Below the pieces are notes generated by a model. It was given only the letters and a program-made list of their open reading frames with translations, ran no database searches and was not told the origin of the DNA. The translations under genes were made by a program, and so were the position numbers. Shown here one piece after another: positions 54,384 to 62,413 of a stretch of 64,000 nt of DNA (positions are counted from its first letter, which is position 1; each line of letters starts with the position of its first letter). Source of the stretch: Sedimentisphaerales bacterium. GTDB taxonomy: Bacteria; Planctomycetota; Phycisphaerae; Sedimentisphaerales; SM23-30. The stretch is from contig CAXXMR010000030.1 of NCBI GenBank assembly GCA_963663805.2, positions 1 to 64,000 on the forward strand. Reading direction: 5' to 3'.

Positions 54384-54526
54384 AAGGGGACGCCGCTGCA
54401 ATTACGCTCGTTCGAGGCTCGCAAAAGCCCAGCGGGTCATAAAAGCAAACGGCGCCCCTGTATCAAAATACACGGGCACCGAGCCTTCCAAACCACCCGC
54501 TAACAAATTTTGCGATTTCGAACGAG
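54384..54526 (-). ncRNA. Putative structured RNA, unit b
   Basis: Nested stems CTCGTTCGA/TCGAACGAG, TCGCAAAA/TTTTGCGA, AGCGGGT/ACCCGCT, CGGCGCCC/GGGCACCG. Confidence 0.45.
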
Positions 54527-55023
54527 GTGATTGAAATCTCAGTGCATGACGATTTCTAGTATTAAATTATGTTTTGCTTGTTTAGGTCAAATGTGTCTCC
54601 TGAAAAAAATCGTATAACCACAATCTACATCAACAAATCGGAAATGCAAATACAAAATCGGATAATTTCGTAGTGAGCCGGGAATGAAAAAGTACCGGGC
54701 CAGATTAAATGCCAAAATTAGTAAGCGTTTACGTGATTACAACTCAACTGACTTACTGGCTAACTGTGACAAATTTCAATGTGGAAAAAACGGTGTAAAA
54801 ACCTGCACAACCTCTCGCTTCACCCTGCCATCCAGGCAGATTATTTCGGGACGGTCACCATTTGTGGCTGATTTGACGGCTCGATTTTTCTGGGTAAAAT
54901 CATAACTTGTTTATAAATAGCAAGATACAATATCTAGTGTTTTCTGACATAAGATTTGCTCATATAATCCGCCATGTTAAACTTATGGATATATTGGCAC
55001 CTTTTTTTCATGGAGGATGATTC

Positions 55024-56238
55024 ATGGCGGCGTACTCTCTCAAATCTTTTCTCAGAAATACCCCGAACGCATTATTAAAAGAGTATCTGGAGGGACGCAG
55101 CCTGCTTCCGGATTTCAATTGGACAGTTTCAGAAAATGACCAGTTGCGCGACTTGGGGGAAACCGAAATAGATGATCTGAGCGAATCTATTTCCGAGCTG
55201 GGCTTATCTATTTCAGGTAGTCTAGAGCAAGACTTTCGTGATATATGTTCCATGGCTGATGATCATGGTGTTCAATGCTTGGTCGAACAAGCATCGAGTC
55301 CGGTTCATAATATCAATCTGTCCCGAGAATATTGTGAAAATAAAATCGAAGGATACCATGCTCGAGTCATGTGGGCGTGGCTGAAGCATAATGATGTCTT
55401 TGAATATGCCTACAGAAATCAATATTTGGACTCCATGTCCGCATGGAAAGATTGTGAAATAGGGGTAGGTTTACCCTGCGATAGTGACCAGTCTTCATTA
55501 GATCGTCTGGCCCAGGCGATTTCTGAATATCTTAAAAAGCAGGCAAAGGGCAGGCATTGTCAGGTTGATTATTACCATCGTCAAGTCCCTGACCGGCATT
55601 GTTTTTTTGCATATCCGGAAGACAGCGCCAAGCCGGAAATGAGATATAATGATCAGGGCAACCTGATCCGGTCCGCACGACGGCCGGTATTTGAGGTGGT
55701 TTTCATGTATGAACCAGAGAGCGGCATACTTCGTGTGCATGCCCGAGGGGCTAAAACCGTAAAAGTAATGCAGGAATTGTTCTGTAAAGAAATATTAGAT
55801 CTTGACGGAGTTCCAGATGAAAATACTCGTGTGTATGATCTTGCGAATCTCAAAAATCCGAATTTCCGCTTCCAAACAGAACCGATGATCGACACAGTCA
55901 AGTTAAAGTCACTCTCACTTGATATGCCCGGTCGTGAACAGGTAATCATTAAGATCGAACCTCGTGATGGCCAGGAAATGAAACTCCATGAAAGAATGGT
56001 TGCTATTGCTGCCGCCTATAAAGCAACGATGGGTAACATAATTATCAAGAGAGCTAAAATGCAGGCGGTATTCAAGCCCGAAGAAGGCAGAAAGCCAAAG
56101 ACGGTAACGTTTGCAGTGGGACTTCCAGATTATTCCACCCTGGAAGACAATAAATATCACAATATTATCAAACGGCATATCGACAAGTGGGGATTTAGAC
56201 GCAGATTACTAGATGATATCGAAGCTGAAGTTGCATGA
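55024..56238 (+). CDS. Hypothetical protein of the integrative element
   Basis: 404-aa ORF with a GGAGG RBS, coupled to the next gene. Confidence 0.65.
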   Translation: MAAYSLKSFLRNTPNALLKEYLEGRSLLPDFNWTVSENDQLRDLGETEIDDLSESISELGLSISGSLEQDFRDICSMADDHGVQCLVEQASSPVHNINLSREYCENKIEGYHARVMWAWLKHNDVFEYAYRNQYLDSMSAWKDCEIGVGLPCDSDQSSLDRLAQAISEYLKKQAKGRHCQVDYYHRQVPDRHCFFAYPEDSAKPEMRYNDQGNLIRSARRPVFEVVFMYEPESGILRVHARGAKTVKVMQELFCKEILDLDGVPDENTRVYDLANLKNPNFRFQTEPMIDTVKLKSLSLDMPGREQVIIKIEPRDGQEMKLHERMVAIAAAYKATMGNIIIKRAKMQAVFKPEEGRKPKTVTFAVGLPDYSTLEDNKYHNIIKRHIDKWGFRRRLLDDIEAEVA

Positions 56239-57164
56239 GTATTTTGAAGCCTTATTTAGAGTTTTTAGCTGAGCAGATAAAATACGGAAACAATTTTTTG
56301 CTCCATTCTGACACAAGGGGATGGTCGGCAGAGATTGTCCCTGAGTTCCTAAAAATGGGTATTCTTGTGCAGGCAAAAAACGCGTCCCATATAAGGTGTC
56401 CAGGTTGTCATGAAGGATGTTATGTTGAACCTGATGTGTTTATGTTGGATAATGGCGACTGTCACATGCAAATTCTCTGTCGTGAACAGGGTTGTCGTGT
56501 GGACCTGGATGCTGAATTATTGACTCAATATGAGATTTTGCCTCAGCAATTGCTCAAATACGGCATATCCTGGGAAGAGACAGGTTCTGAAGACCATAAG
56601 GTCAAATATTCCTACGAGTGGCTCGGGGATACCTGGCGGTTAGTGTTTGATGGTGAGGAGACCCATCTACGTAATACTAAAGGTGCTCGCATCCTGGCTA
56701 TTTTGCTGAATAACCAGAATCGTGAATTATACTGTTGTGACTTGCAGGCTCAGGAAAGCAAGAATCCGATAGTCAAACTCCACGAGTTTGAGGACCCGGT
56801 GGCAGACCAAGAGGCTATTGATGCATATAAAGGTATAGTACAGGAATTAAAAGAAGAGGTTGAGGACGCTGAAAGATGCCACGATTTAGGCAGGAAAGAT
56901 AAAGCCCAGGATGAATTAGGTAAATTGCAGGAGCACCTATTGAAGATTACGGGCATGGGCGGCAAAAGTAGAAAATTTAATACCGATGCTGAAAAAGCCC
57001 GAGTTGCTGTCCGCAAGAATGTCTCTGGCCTCATCCAGGCCGAGGCAATGGATAAAATTCCGCAAGCCCGGAAACATTTTGAAAATGCCATAACTTACGG
57101 GAAATTCATACGTTACAGCCCAGAGCAGGAGATTAATTGGAATATAGAAGAAAAAAAATCTTAA
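56235..57164 (+). CDS. Putative transcriptional regulator (Cys cluster + wHTH-like/coiled C-terminus)
   Basis: CPGCHEGC; KG...LAILL.N..RE; AEKARVAVRKNV. Directly followed by tandem palindromes. Confidence 0.55.
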   Translation: MSILKPYLEFLAEQIKYGNNFLLHSDTRGWSAEIVPEFLKMGILVQAKNASHIRCPGCHEGCYVEPDVFMLDNGDCHMQILCREQGCRVDLDAELLTQYEILPQQLLKYGISWEETGSEDHKVKYSYEWLGDTWRLVFDGEETHLRNTKGARILAILLNNQNRELYCCDLQAQESKNPIVKLHEFEDPVADQEAIDAYKGIVQELKEEVEDAERCHDLGRKDKAQDELGKLQEHLLKITGMGGKSRKFNTDAEKARVAVRKNVSGLIQAEAMDKIPQARKHFENAITYGKFIRYSPEQEINWNIEEKKS

Positions 57165-57203
57165 TGTTACCTCAAAAGTAACATTGTTACCCCAAAAGTA
57201 ACG
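57165..57203. promoter_or_regulatory. Tandem palindromic operator-like repeats TGTTAC-N7-GTAAC
   Basis: TGTTACCTCAAAAGTAACA (57165-57183) and TGTTACCCCAAAAGTAACG (57185-57203). Confidence 0.6.
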
Positions 57204-57242
57204 CCTCGTCGGTGAAGAGCGAAAACCGGCGAGGCTTTTTTT
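57203..57242 (+). terminator. Terminator-like hairpin ahead of the sigma gene; second hairpin at 57248-57296
   Basis: GCCTCGTCGGT...ACCGGCGAGGC-TTTTTT; TGGCTCGCTGAAG...CTTCAGCGAGCCA-TTTTT. Confidence 0.6.
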
Positions 57243-57323
57243 ATATATGGCTCGCTGAAGCGCTCCCCGCCGGTGTTCTTCAGCGAGCCATTTTTCGTGC
57301 CTGGCACGAGAAAGGCGTTACTT

Positions 57324-57932
57324 ATGGGTAACCAATCTATTGACCGGCGGAACAATACATCCTCCAACCACTCCCCAATTGATGACTATGTCCTGGCCCA
57401 AATCCAGTATCGCGGACGGCGTTTTGCGGTTCTGTTTGGATTGAGCGATGACCAGTTAGATGATCTGAAGCAGGAAATGGCGGTTGCCATCCTCAAGGCC
57501 TTTAAGAAATTCGATGAGAAAAGGTCCCACCGAAAAACATTCACTAATCTTGTTTTGAACTGGTTCATCAGAAATACCGTTCAAAAGGAAATCAGGCAGC
57601 GAAAGCGAGCTCGCGAAGTACCACTGGTTCACGATGACCCTGTTAATCGCTATTCGCAAATTATTAACGATCCCCGCCAGGGTGAGCTGAGTGAGATTGG
57701 GCAGCTTGAGCTGCGGATGGACCTGGCATTTCTGATGACAAAACTCCCTCCGGACTTGCAGCGTACCTGCCAGCTATTGCAGGACTATTCACCTTCTGAA
57801 GTTGCAGAAAACTTGGGCGTCCATCGGGGCACTATCTATCGTCAGATTAATGAGATACGAGAGTTATTTACTCAACATGGCTACGAAATCTCAGATTTCC
57901 GCGCAACAGATTCGTCGGAACTACAGATATAA
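57324..57932 (+). CDS. ECF-like sigma-70 factor
   Basis: DDLKQE (region 2), FDEKR...TF, L..LPPDL..TC.LL...S.SEVAE.LGV.RGTIY (region 4). Confidence 0.8.
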   Translation: MGNQSIDRRNNTSSNHSPIDDYVLAQIQYRGRRFAVLFGLSDDQLDDLKQEMAVAILKAFKKFDEKRSHRKTFTNLVLNWFIRNTVQKEIRQRKRAREVPLVHDDPVNRYSQIINDPRQGELSEIGQLELRMDLAFLMTKLPPDLQRTCQLLQDYSPSEVAENLGVHRGTIYRQINEIRELFTQHGYEISDFRATDSSELQI

Positions 57933-57942
57933 CAGGTGAAGG
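57896..57942 (+). promoter_or_regulatory. Putative element-sigma-dependent promoter, copy B
   Basis: Matches 45641-45687; immediately upstream of the recombination operon. Confidence 0.5.
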
Positions 57943-57951
57943 GAATAACTC

Positions 57952-58779
57952 ATGGAGACCATAAATATGAATGAACTGAACATTGATTTGAGTGTTTTGG
58001 GTGTGGAATCTGCCGAGCAGTATCACCGTCAGGCAGAGAGCTATCTGAGCAGCCATCAGTTAATCGACTTTATGCGGTGCCCCTGGCTTTATCGCAAGAA
58101 GAATCTGGGTCTGATTGAGGATAAGGATTCACAGGCTTATGTATTGGGCCGGGCGGCTCACACCCGGATTTTGGAAGGGCGCGACATTTATGAGCGCGAT
58201 TATGCGTTAGGCGGCCCGATTAATCCTGCTACCGGCAAACCTTATGGCAACACCACCAAGAAGTTTGCCGCCTGGCGGGCCGAGCAAGGCCGTCCGGTGC
58301 TCTCTCACGATCAGGTAGAGCTAATCGAACAGATGGCATCTGGGGTGTCCATGAATGATGAAGCGATTGATTTATTGTTGTATGGCCGGGCTGAAGGTGT
58401 CGTCAGGGCCCCATATTGTCAAGTGCCGTCGCAGATTCGTATCGACTGGGTTCATCCCCATCGCGGGATCGTGGATTTCAAGACTTGTGATGATCTGACC
58501 TGGTTCGAATCGGATGCCCGGCGTTACGGCTATCATCACCAGATGGCCTTTTATCAGGCGGTTCTGGCCCAGGTACTTGACGGTCTGATGGCGCCGGTCC
58601 ATCTGGTTGTCGTTGAAAAACGCGAGCCGCTCAGATGTGGAGTATGGCGCATCAGCGATGAGACTCTGTTACGGGCCCAAAGGGAAAACGAAGCCGCGAT
58701 CCGGCGGCTGCTGTCGTGTCGACAGAATGACCACTGGCCCACCGGTTACGAAGAGCCTCGCTTGCTGGATGTAAGCTGA
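57952..58779 (+). CDS. RecE/ExoVIII-like (DUF3799) PD-(D/E)xK exonuclease
   Basis: YH....LSS, GRAAH..ILE, RIDW...IVDFKT, YGY..Q.AFY, W..GY. Confidence 0.85.
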   Translation: METINMNELNIDLSVLGVESAEQYHRQAESYLSSHQLIDFMRCPWLYRKKNLGLIEDKDSQAYVLGRAAHTRILEGRDIYERDYALGGPINPATGKPYGNTTKKFAAWRAEQGRPVLSHDQVELIEQMASGVSMNDEAIDLLLYGRAEGVVRAPYCQVPSQIRIDWVHPHRGIVDFKTCDDLTWFESDARRYGYHHQMAFYQAVLAQVLDGLMAPVHLVVVEKREPLRCGVWRISDETLLRAQRENEAAIRRLLSCRQNDHWPTGYEEPRLLDVS

Positions 58780-58943
58780 GCAGTATCAGCGTCCGAGTAG
58801 GCTTGTGGCGAGTCTAAACGGTCACCCCCCGGACGCTTTGTGGCCGGGAGGGGGAATCACCGGGACGACGGTTTGATTCCCCTCCTTGGCCCACCTGCCC
58901 TCATAGATTGGGAAATAATAACCTCCAAACGAAAGGAAACACT

Positions 58944-59702
58944 ATGTCTAAATTGCAGACAATTTACAGCGGCAAAAAAGATTCACCGCCTCGATTTCTA
59001 ATTTACGCTCAGGAAGGTACGGGCAAAAGTACCACGGCCGCCCAGGCGCCGAAGCCGATCTTCATCCAAACCGAAGATGGACTGGATCAGATCGACTGTG
59101 ATTCATTTCCCCTGGCAGAGAGCTTCGCTGATGTTATAGATGCTCTCAACACGTTAATTTGCGAGGAACATAATTACCAGACGGTTGTAATTGATTCCTG
59201 TGACTGGCTGGAACGGCTGATCTGGGATGAGTTGTGTGAAAAGTATGGGGTTAGTTCCATTGAAAAAGTCGATGGTGGTTTTGCTCGGGGCTACAGTCAT
59301 GCCATCACTCTCTGGCAGCAGGTAGTCAGCGGGCTCAATATCCTGCGTCGCAATAAGGGGATGTGTGTCATTCTCCTGGCCCACAGTAAGGTTGAAAAGT
59401 TTGATGACCCCGAACATGGCGCTTATGACCGGTATTCACCCCGCCTGCATAAACATGCCACCGCCTTGTTGACTCATTGGGTGGACGCCGTCCTCTTTGC
59501 CACCTGTAAAGTCATCACCAAGACGGAGGAAGCCGGTTTCAACCGCACCCGCACTGTCGCGGCGGGACTGGGCAAGGATGGAGGCGAGAGAGTATTGCGT
59601 TGTATTGGTTCACCTTCATGTCTGGCTAAGAACCGATATTCGCTGCCATATGAGCTTCCGTTGAGCTGGCATGCTCTTATGGATGCGATGAAGTCTAAAT
59701 AG
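58944..59702 (+). CDS. AAA_24 / Sak4-like ATPase (single-strand annealing)
   Basis: EGTGKST, IQTEDG, VIDS.DWLE, LLAH, AKNR. Confidence 0.85.
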   Translation: MSKLQTIYSGKKDSPPRFLIYAQEGTGKSTTAAQAPKPIFIQTEDGLDQIDCDSFPLAESFADVIDALNTLICEEHNYQTVVIDSCDWLERLIWDELCEKYGVSSIEKVDGGFARGYSHAITLWQQVVSGLNILRRNKGMCVILLAHSKVEKFDDPEHGAYDRYSPRLHKHATALLTHWVDAVLFATCKVITKTEEAGFNRTRTVAAGLGKDGGERVLRCIGSPSCLAKNRYSLPYELPLSWHALMDAMKSK

Positions 59703-59756
59703 AGAAACTAATTGTTTGGGAACAATATTTTTTAACCCTGAAAGGAACATAACGAG

Positions 59757-60215
59757 ATGGCAAATTTGAATGGATTTAACGCTAATGAAGTGGAACCGAA
59801 TGTTGGTTTTGAACCGTTGCCGGCCGGTGATTATGTGGCGGCGATAACCGGCTCGCAGATGAAGCCCACCAAAAATGGCGCGGGCAGTTTTCTGGAGCTG
59901 GAGTTTACGGTTCTGGAAGGTGAATATCGGGACCGCAAGATTTGGGATCGTCTGTGTCTGAATCACCCCAATGCCCAGGCGGTGCAGATTGCCCGGGGTA
60001 ATCTTTCGGCTTTGTGTCGGGCCGTGGGCATCATGCAGCCGGGGGACTCGGTGGAGCTGCATAATCTGCCCTTGAGCATCAAGGTGGCCTGCAAGAAGCG
60101 CGAGGACAATGGCGAGATCAGTAATGAGATCAAGGGCTACAAGAAGAAAGGGCAGAACGGGGCGCCGTCCCCCAGTCCCGGTCAGGCTGATAACACGCCG
60201 CCGTGGCGGAAATAG
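59757..60215 (+). CDS. DUF669 phage SSB-like protein
   Basis: FEPLPAGDY...K.TK.G.G..LEL, NEIKGY, C-terminal PPW. Confidence 0.85.
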   Translation: MANLNGFNANEVEPNVGFEPLPAGDYVAAITGSQMKPTKNGAGSFLELEFTVLEGEYRDRKIWDRLCLNHPNAQAVQIARGNLSALCRAVGIMQPGDSVELHNLPLSIKVACKKREDNGEISNEIKGYKKKGQNGAPSPSPGQADNTPPWRK

Positions 60216-60253
60216 TGATTCAAGACTTCTGAACCAAGTTTTAGGAATTGATT

Positions 60254-60550
60254 ATGAACACCAAGGCTAAAGGCAATCGCCTGGAATACAAGACCATCAA
60301 GCTGCTGCGGGCGGCAGGTTATCAGTGTATGCGTTCGGCGGCCTCGCTGGGGCCTTTCGATATCATCGCCACGAATCGGCTGGGCATGCGCTGTATTCAG
60401 GTCAAGGCCAACGGCTGGCCTCGGCCCGAAGAACGTGAGAGCTTGCGGGCGGCAGGTAAGAACCTGCCGTCCCAGGCTACCGTCGAGTGCTGGCGCTGGA
60501 ACGATGGTGATCGGGAACCGCTGATCAAGATGTTGGATGAATTTAACTGA
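60254..60550 (+). CDS. Hjc-type Holliday junction resolvase-like nuclease
   Basis: KG.RLE, GY...RSA.S.G..DIIA, IQVK. Confidence 0.75.
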   Translation: MNTKAKGNRLEYKTIKLLRAAGYQCMRSAASLGPFDIIATNRLGMRCIQVKANGWPRPEERESLRAAGKNLPSQATVECWRWNDGDREPLIKMLDEFN

Positions 60551-60569
60551 ACAATGAAAGGATCAAGTA

Positions 60570-60815
60570 ATGGAATATGCATTTGGGGCAATGATAGGTG
60601 TTGGAATTGGTTTTATTTTTGGCATCCTGGCCACCCAGGAATCGGTTGCCAAGAAGGATGTCCAGGAGCCGGTGGACCGGCTCCATACTCAAGCCCAGAA
60701 GAATCTGCAGGAGTTTCAGGAAAAGCGCCAGCAGATCAATCAGCTGCATCAGAAGACTAATGTTATTCGTACGGAACTGAAATCCCGGGTCAATGAACTG
60801 GCCGGGCAGGAATAA
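60570..60815 (+). CDS. Small membrane-anchored coiled-coil protein
   Basis: N-terminal TM helix; in the operon, with an RBS. Confidence 0.55.
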   Translation: MEYAFGAMIGVGIGFIFGILATQESVAKKDVQEPVDRLHTQAQKNLQEFQEKRQQINQLHQKTNVIRTELKSRVNELAGQE

Positions 60816-60886
60816 GCTTTCGTAATGATTGCTGTAAGTTAACACCAATAACAGATTTGAAAAGATTTATTTTAGGAAGATTAATC

Positions 60887-61624
60887 ATGATAATACAAAC
60901 ATTAAAGATTGAAGATGTCTACATCAACGGTGGTACTCAATCGCGGGTGGAGATTAATGAAGAAGTGGTCTCGGATTATGCCGAACTGCTCAAAAGCGGG
61001 ATTGAGTTGCCGCCGGTGACGGTGTTTTGTGACGGGTTCTCATATTGGCTGGCTGACGGCTTTCATCGGTATTGGGCTCACACCTGTATCAACTACCGCC
61101 AGATCACAGCCGAAGTTCATCAGGGCAGTCGGCGGGACGCGATTCTTCATTCGGTGGGTGCCAATGCCAGCCACGGTTTGCGGCGAACAAACGCGGATAA
61201 ACGTAAGGCCGTGGAGATACTCCTAAAAGATGCTGAGTGGAGTAAATGGAGTAGCCGGGAAATTGCCAGGCGGTGCGGAGTGAGCCCGGATACGGTTAAT
61301 CGTTGTCGTCTCTCGATGCCTGGATCAGGAGAGACATCCCAGCCCCGCTATTACGTCACCAAACATGGCACCATCGCCCGGATGAACACCGCGAAAATCG
61401 GGAACAAGAAGACCACCCGGAAATCTGACGGCCCGAAACTCGACACTTTAACAACGGTCCGGGAATGCGGCACCTGCGAGAGTCGTGCGGCTCTCGAATT
61501 AACTTACGACCCCCGTTGTGCCGCCCATACCATCATCAGTGCCATGGGTGAACCAATGTCTTTGGATATTGCCCACACCATCATCTCTGTTGTTCGGGGA
61601 AATGATGTGATAGCGCCGAAGTAA
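60887..61624 (+). CDS. ParB N-terminal-domain protein with HTH
   Basis: TQSR, PPVTVF, LADGFHR, AN..HGL.RT.ADKR.AV, WSSREIARRCGVS. Confidence 0.85.
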   Translation: MIIQTLKIEDVYINGGTQSRVEINEEVVSDYAELLKSGIELPPVTVFCDGFSYWLADGFHRYWAHTCINYRQITAEVHQGSRRDAILHSVGANASHGLRRTNADKRKAVEILLKDAEWSKWSSREIARRCGVSPDTVNRCRLSMPGSGETSQPRYYVTKHGTIARMNTAKIGNKKTTRKSDGPKLDTLTTVRECGTCESRAALELTYDPRCAAHTIISAMGEPMSLDIAHTIISVVRGNDVIAPK

Positions 61625-61659
61625 ATATATTTCTTTTGCGGGACTTTTTGAGCAAGAAA

Positions 61660-61732
61660 GCGGTGATGGTGTAATGGTAACACAGCGAACATTCCAATTC
61701 GAAGAAGAGGGTTCGATTCCCATCTCACCGCA
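61660..61732 (+). ncRNA. tRNA-Gly(TCC)-like cloverleaf overlapping the start of the mom-like gene
   Basis: 7/7 acceptor stem GCGGTGA/TCACCGC; 4/4 D-stem GTGT/ACAC with an AATGGTA loop; CGAA/TTCG stem with loop CATTCCAA; GGG-TTCGATT-CCC T-arm with a bulged A. No CCA. Confidence 0.85.
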
Positions 61733-62276
61733 TCTGCTCAGGATCAGGCCGGGTAAATTCCGGGAGTTCAGCGAACTGCTGGAGAAATATCATTACAAAC
61801 ACTCCAAAATAGGCGGCAGTATCAGTCATAACCTGGTGTTAGAGTTCGAAGACCGCGTTTACGGCGGTGCGGTGCTGGGCCCCATGCGGCATCAGAACAG
61901 TTACGAAGATGATGCCATCGAAATTCGCCGCATGGTGCTGCATCCGGATTGCCCTCAGAATACCGCCAGTTATTTCCTGGCCAAGATTATCTGGTGGCTC
62001 AGGAAGAACACCGACGTCGGTATGATTTACACCTTCTCTGATCAGACCGTGGGCCATGTCGGTACCTGTTACCGGGCCGCTAATTTTCAGTATGTCAGGG
62101 ATACCCCGCCGACAAAGCATGTCCGATGGCAGGACAAACTTTATCATCCGCGCAGCTTAACCGTAGACCGGCCTTACTCTTATCGACTCAGAAAGGCGGT
62201 CGAAGAAGGCGACGCAGAGATTATTAACGGTAAACCCAAATCTTTATTCGCATACGAAATCAAGAGGAACAAATGA
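61674..62276 (+). CDS. mom: Mom-family (GNAT-fold) adenine modification protein
   Basis: KYHY, EIRRMVLHPDCPQNTASYF, TFSD...HVGTCYRAANF and LYHPRS align by eye with phage Mu Mom motifs as recalled (KHY, ELNRMWLHDDMPRNSES, SFAD...GVVYQASNF, WYH). Confidence 0.8.
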   Translation: MVTQRTFQFEEEGSIPISPHLLRIRPGKFREFSELLEKYHYKHSKIGGSISHNLVLEFEDRVYGGAVLGPMRHQNSYEDDAIEIRRMVLHPDCPQNTASYFLAKIIWWLRKNTDVGMIYTFSDQTVGHVGTCYRAANFQYVRDTPPTKHVRWQDKLYHPRSLTVDRPYSYRLRKAVEEGDAEIINGKPKSLFAYEIKRNK

Positions 62277-62413
62277 TAGATAAGACGCAAATATTCCCCC
62301 TGCTGCTCATATTTTTGGACCTGGCGGCCTCGGTAATGTACCTGGGCAGCGACTGGCGGAAGGTGATTTACTGGCTGGCGGCGGCAGCCCTAACTACCGT
62401 GGTGACATTCTAA
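62273..62413 (+). CDS. 46-aa two-TM hypothetical protein (not in the ORF track)
   Basis: MIDKTQIFPLLLIFLDLAASVMYLGSDWRKVIYWLAAAALTTVVTF; ATGA and TAATG overlaps with both neighbours. Confidence 0.7.
   Translation: MIDKTQIFPLLLIFLDLAASVMYLGSDWRKVIYWLAAAALTTVVTF

Noticed and set aside
61660..61735. Calling the cloverleaf an ordinary tRNA-Gly gene or an integration-site remnant
   Set aside because: It has an 8-nt anticodon loop, a T-stem bulge and no CCA. It lies mid-operon, in frame with mom, far from the element ends. Insertion errors are unlikely because removing the extra bases puts the ATG out of frame.
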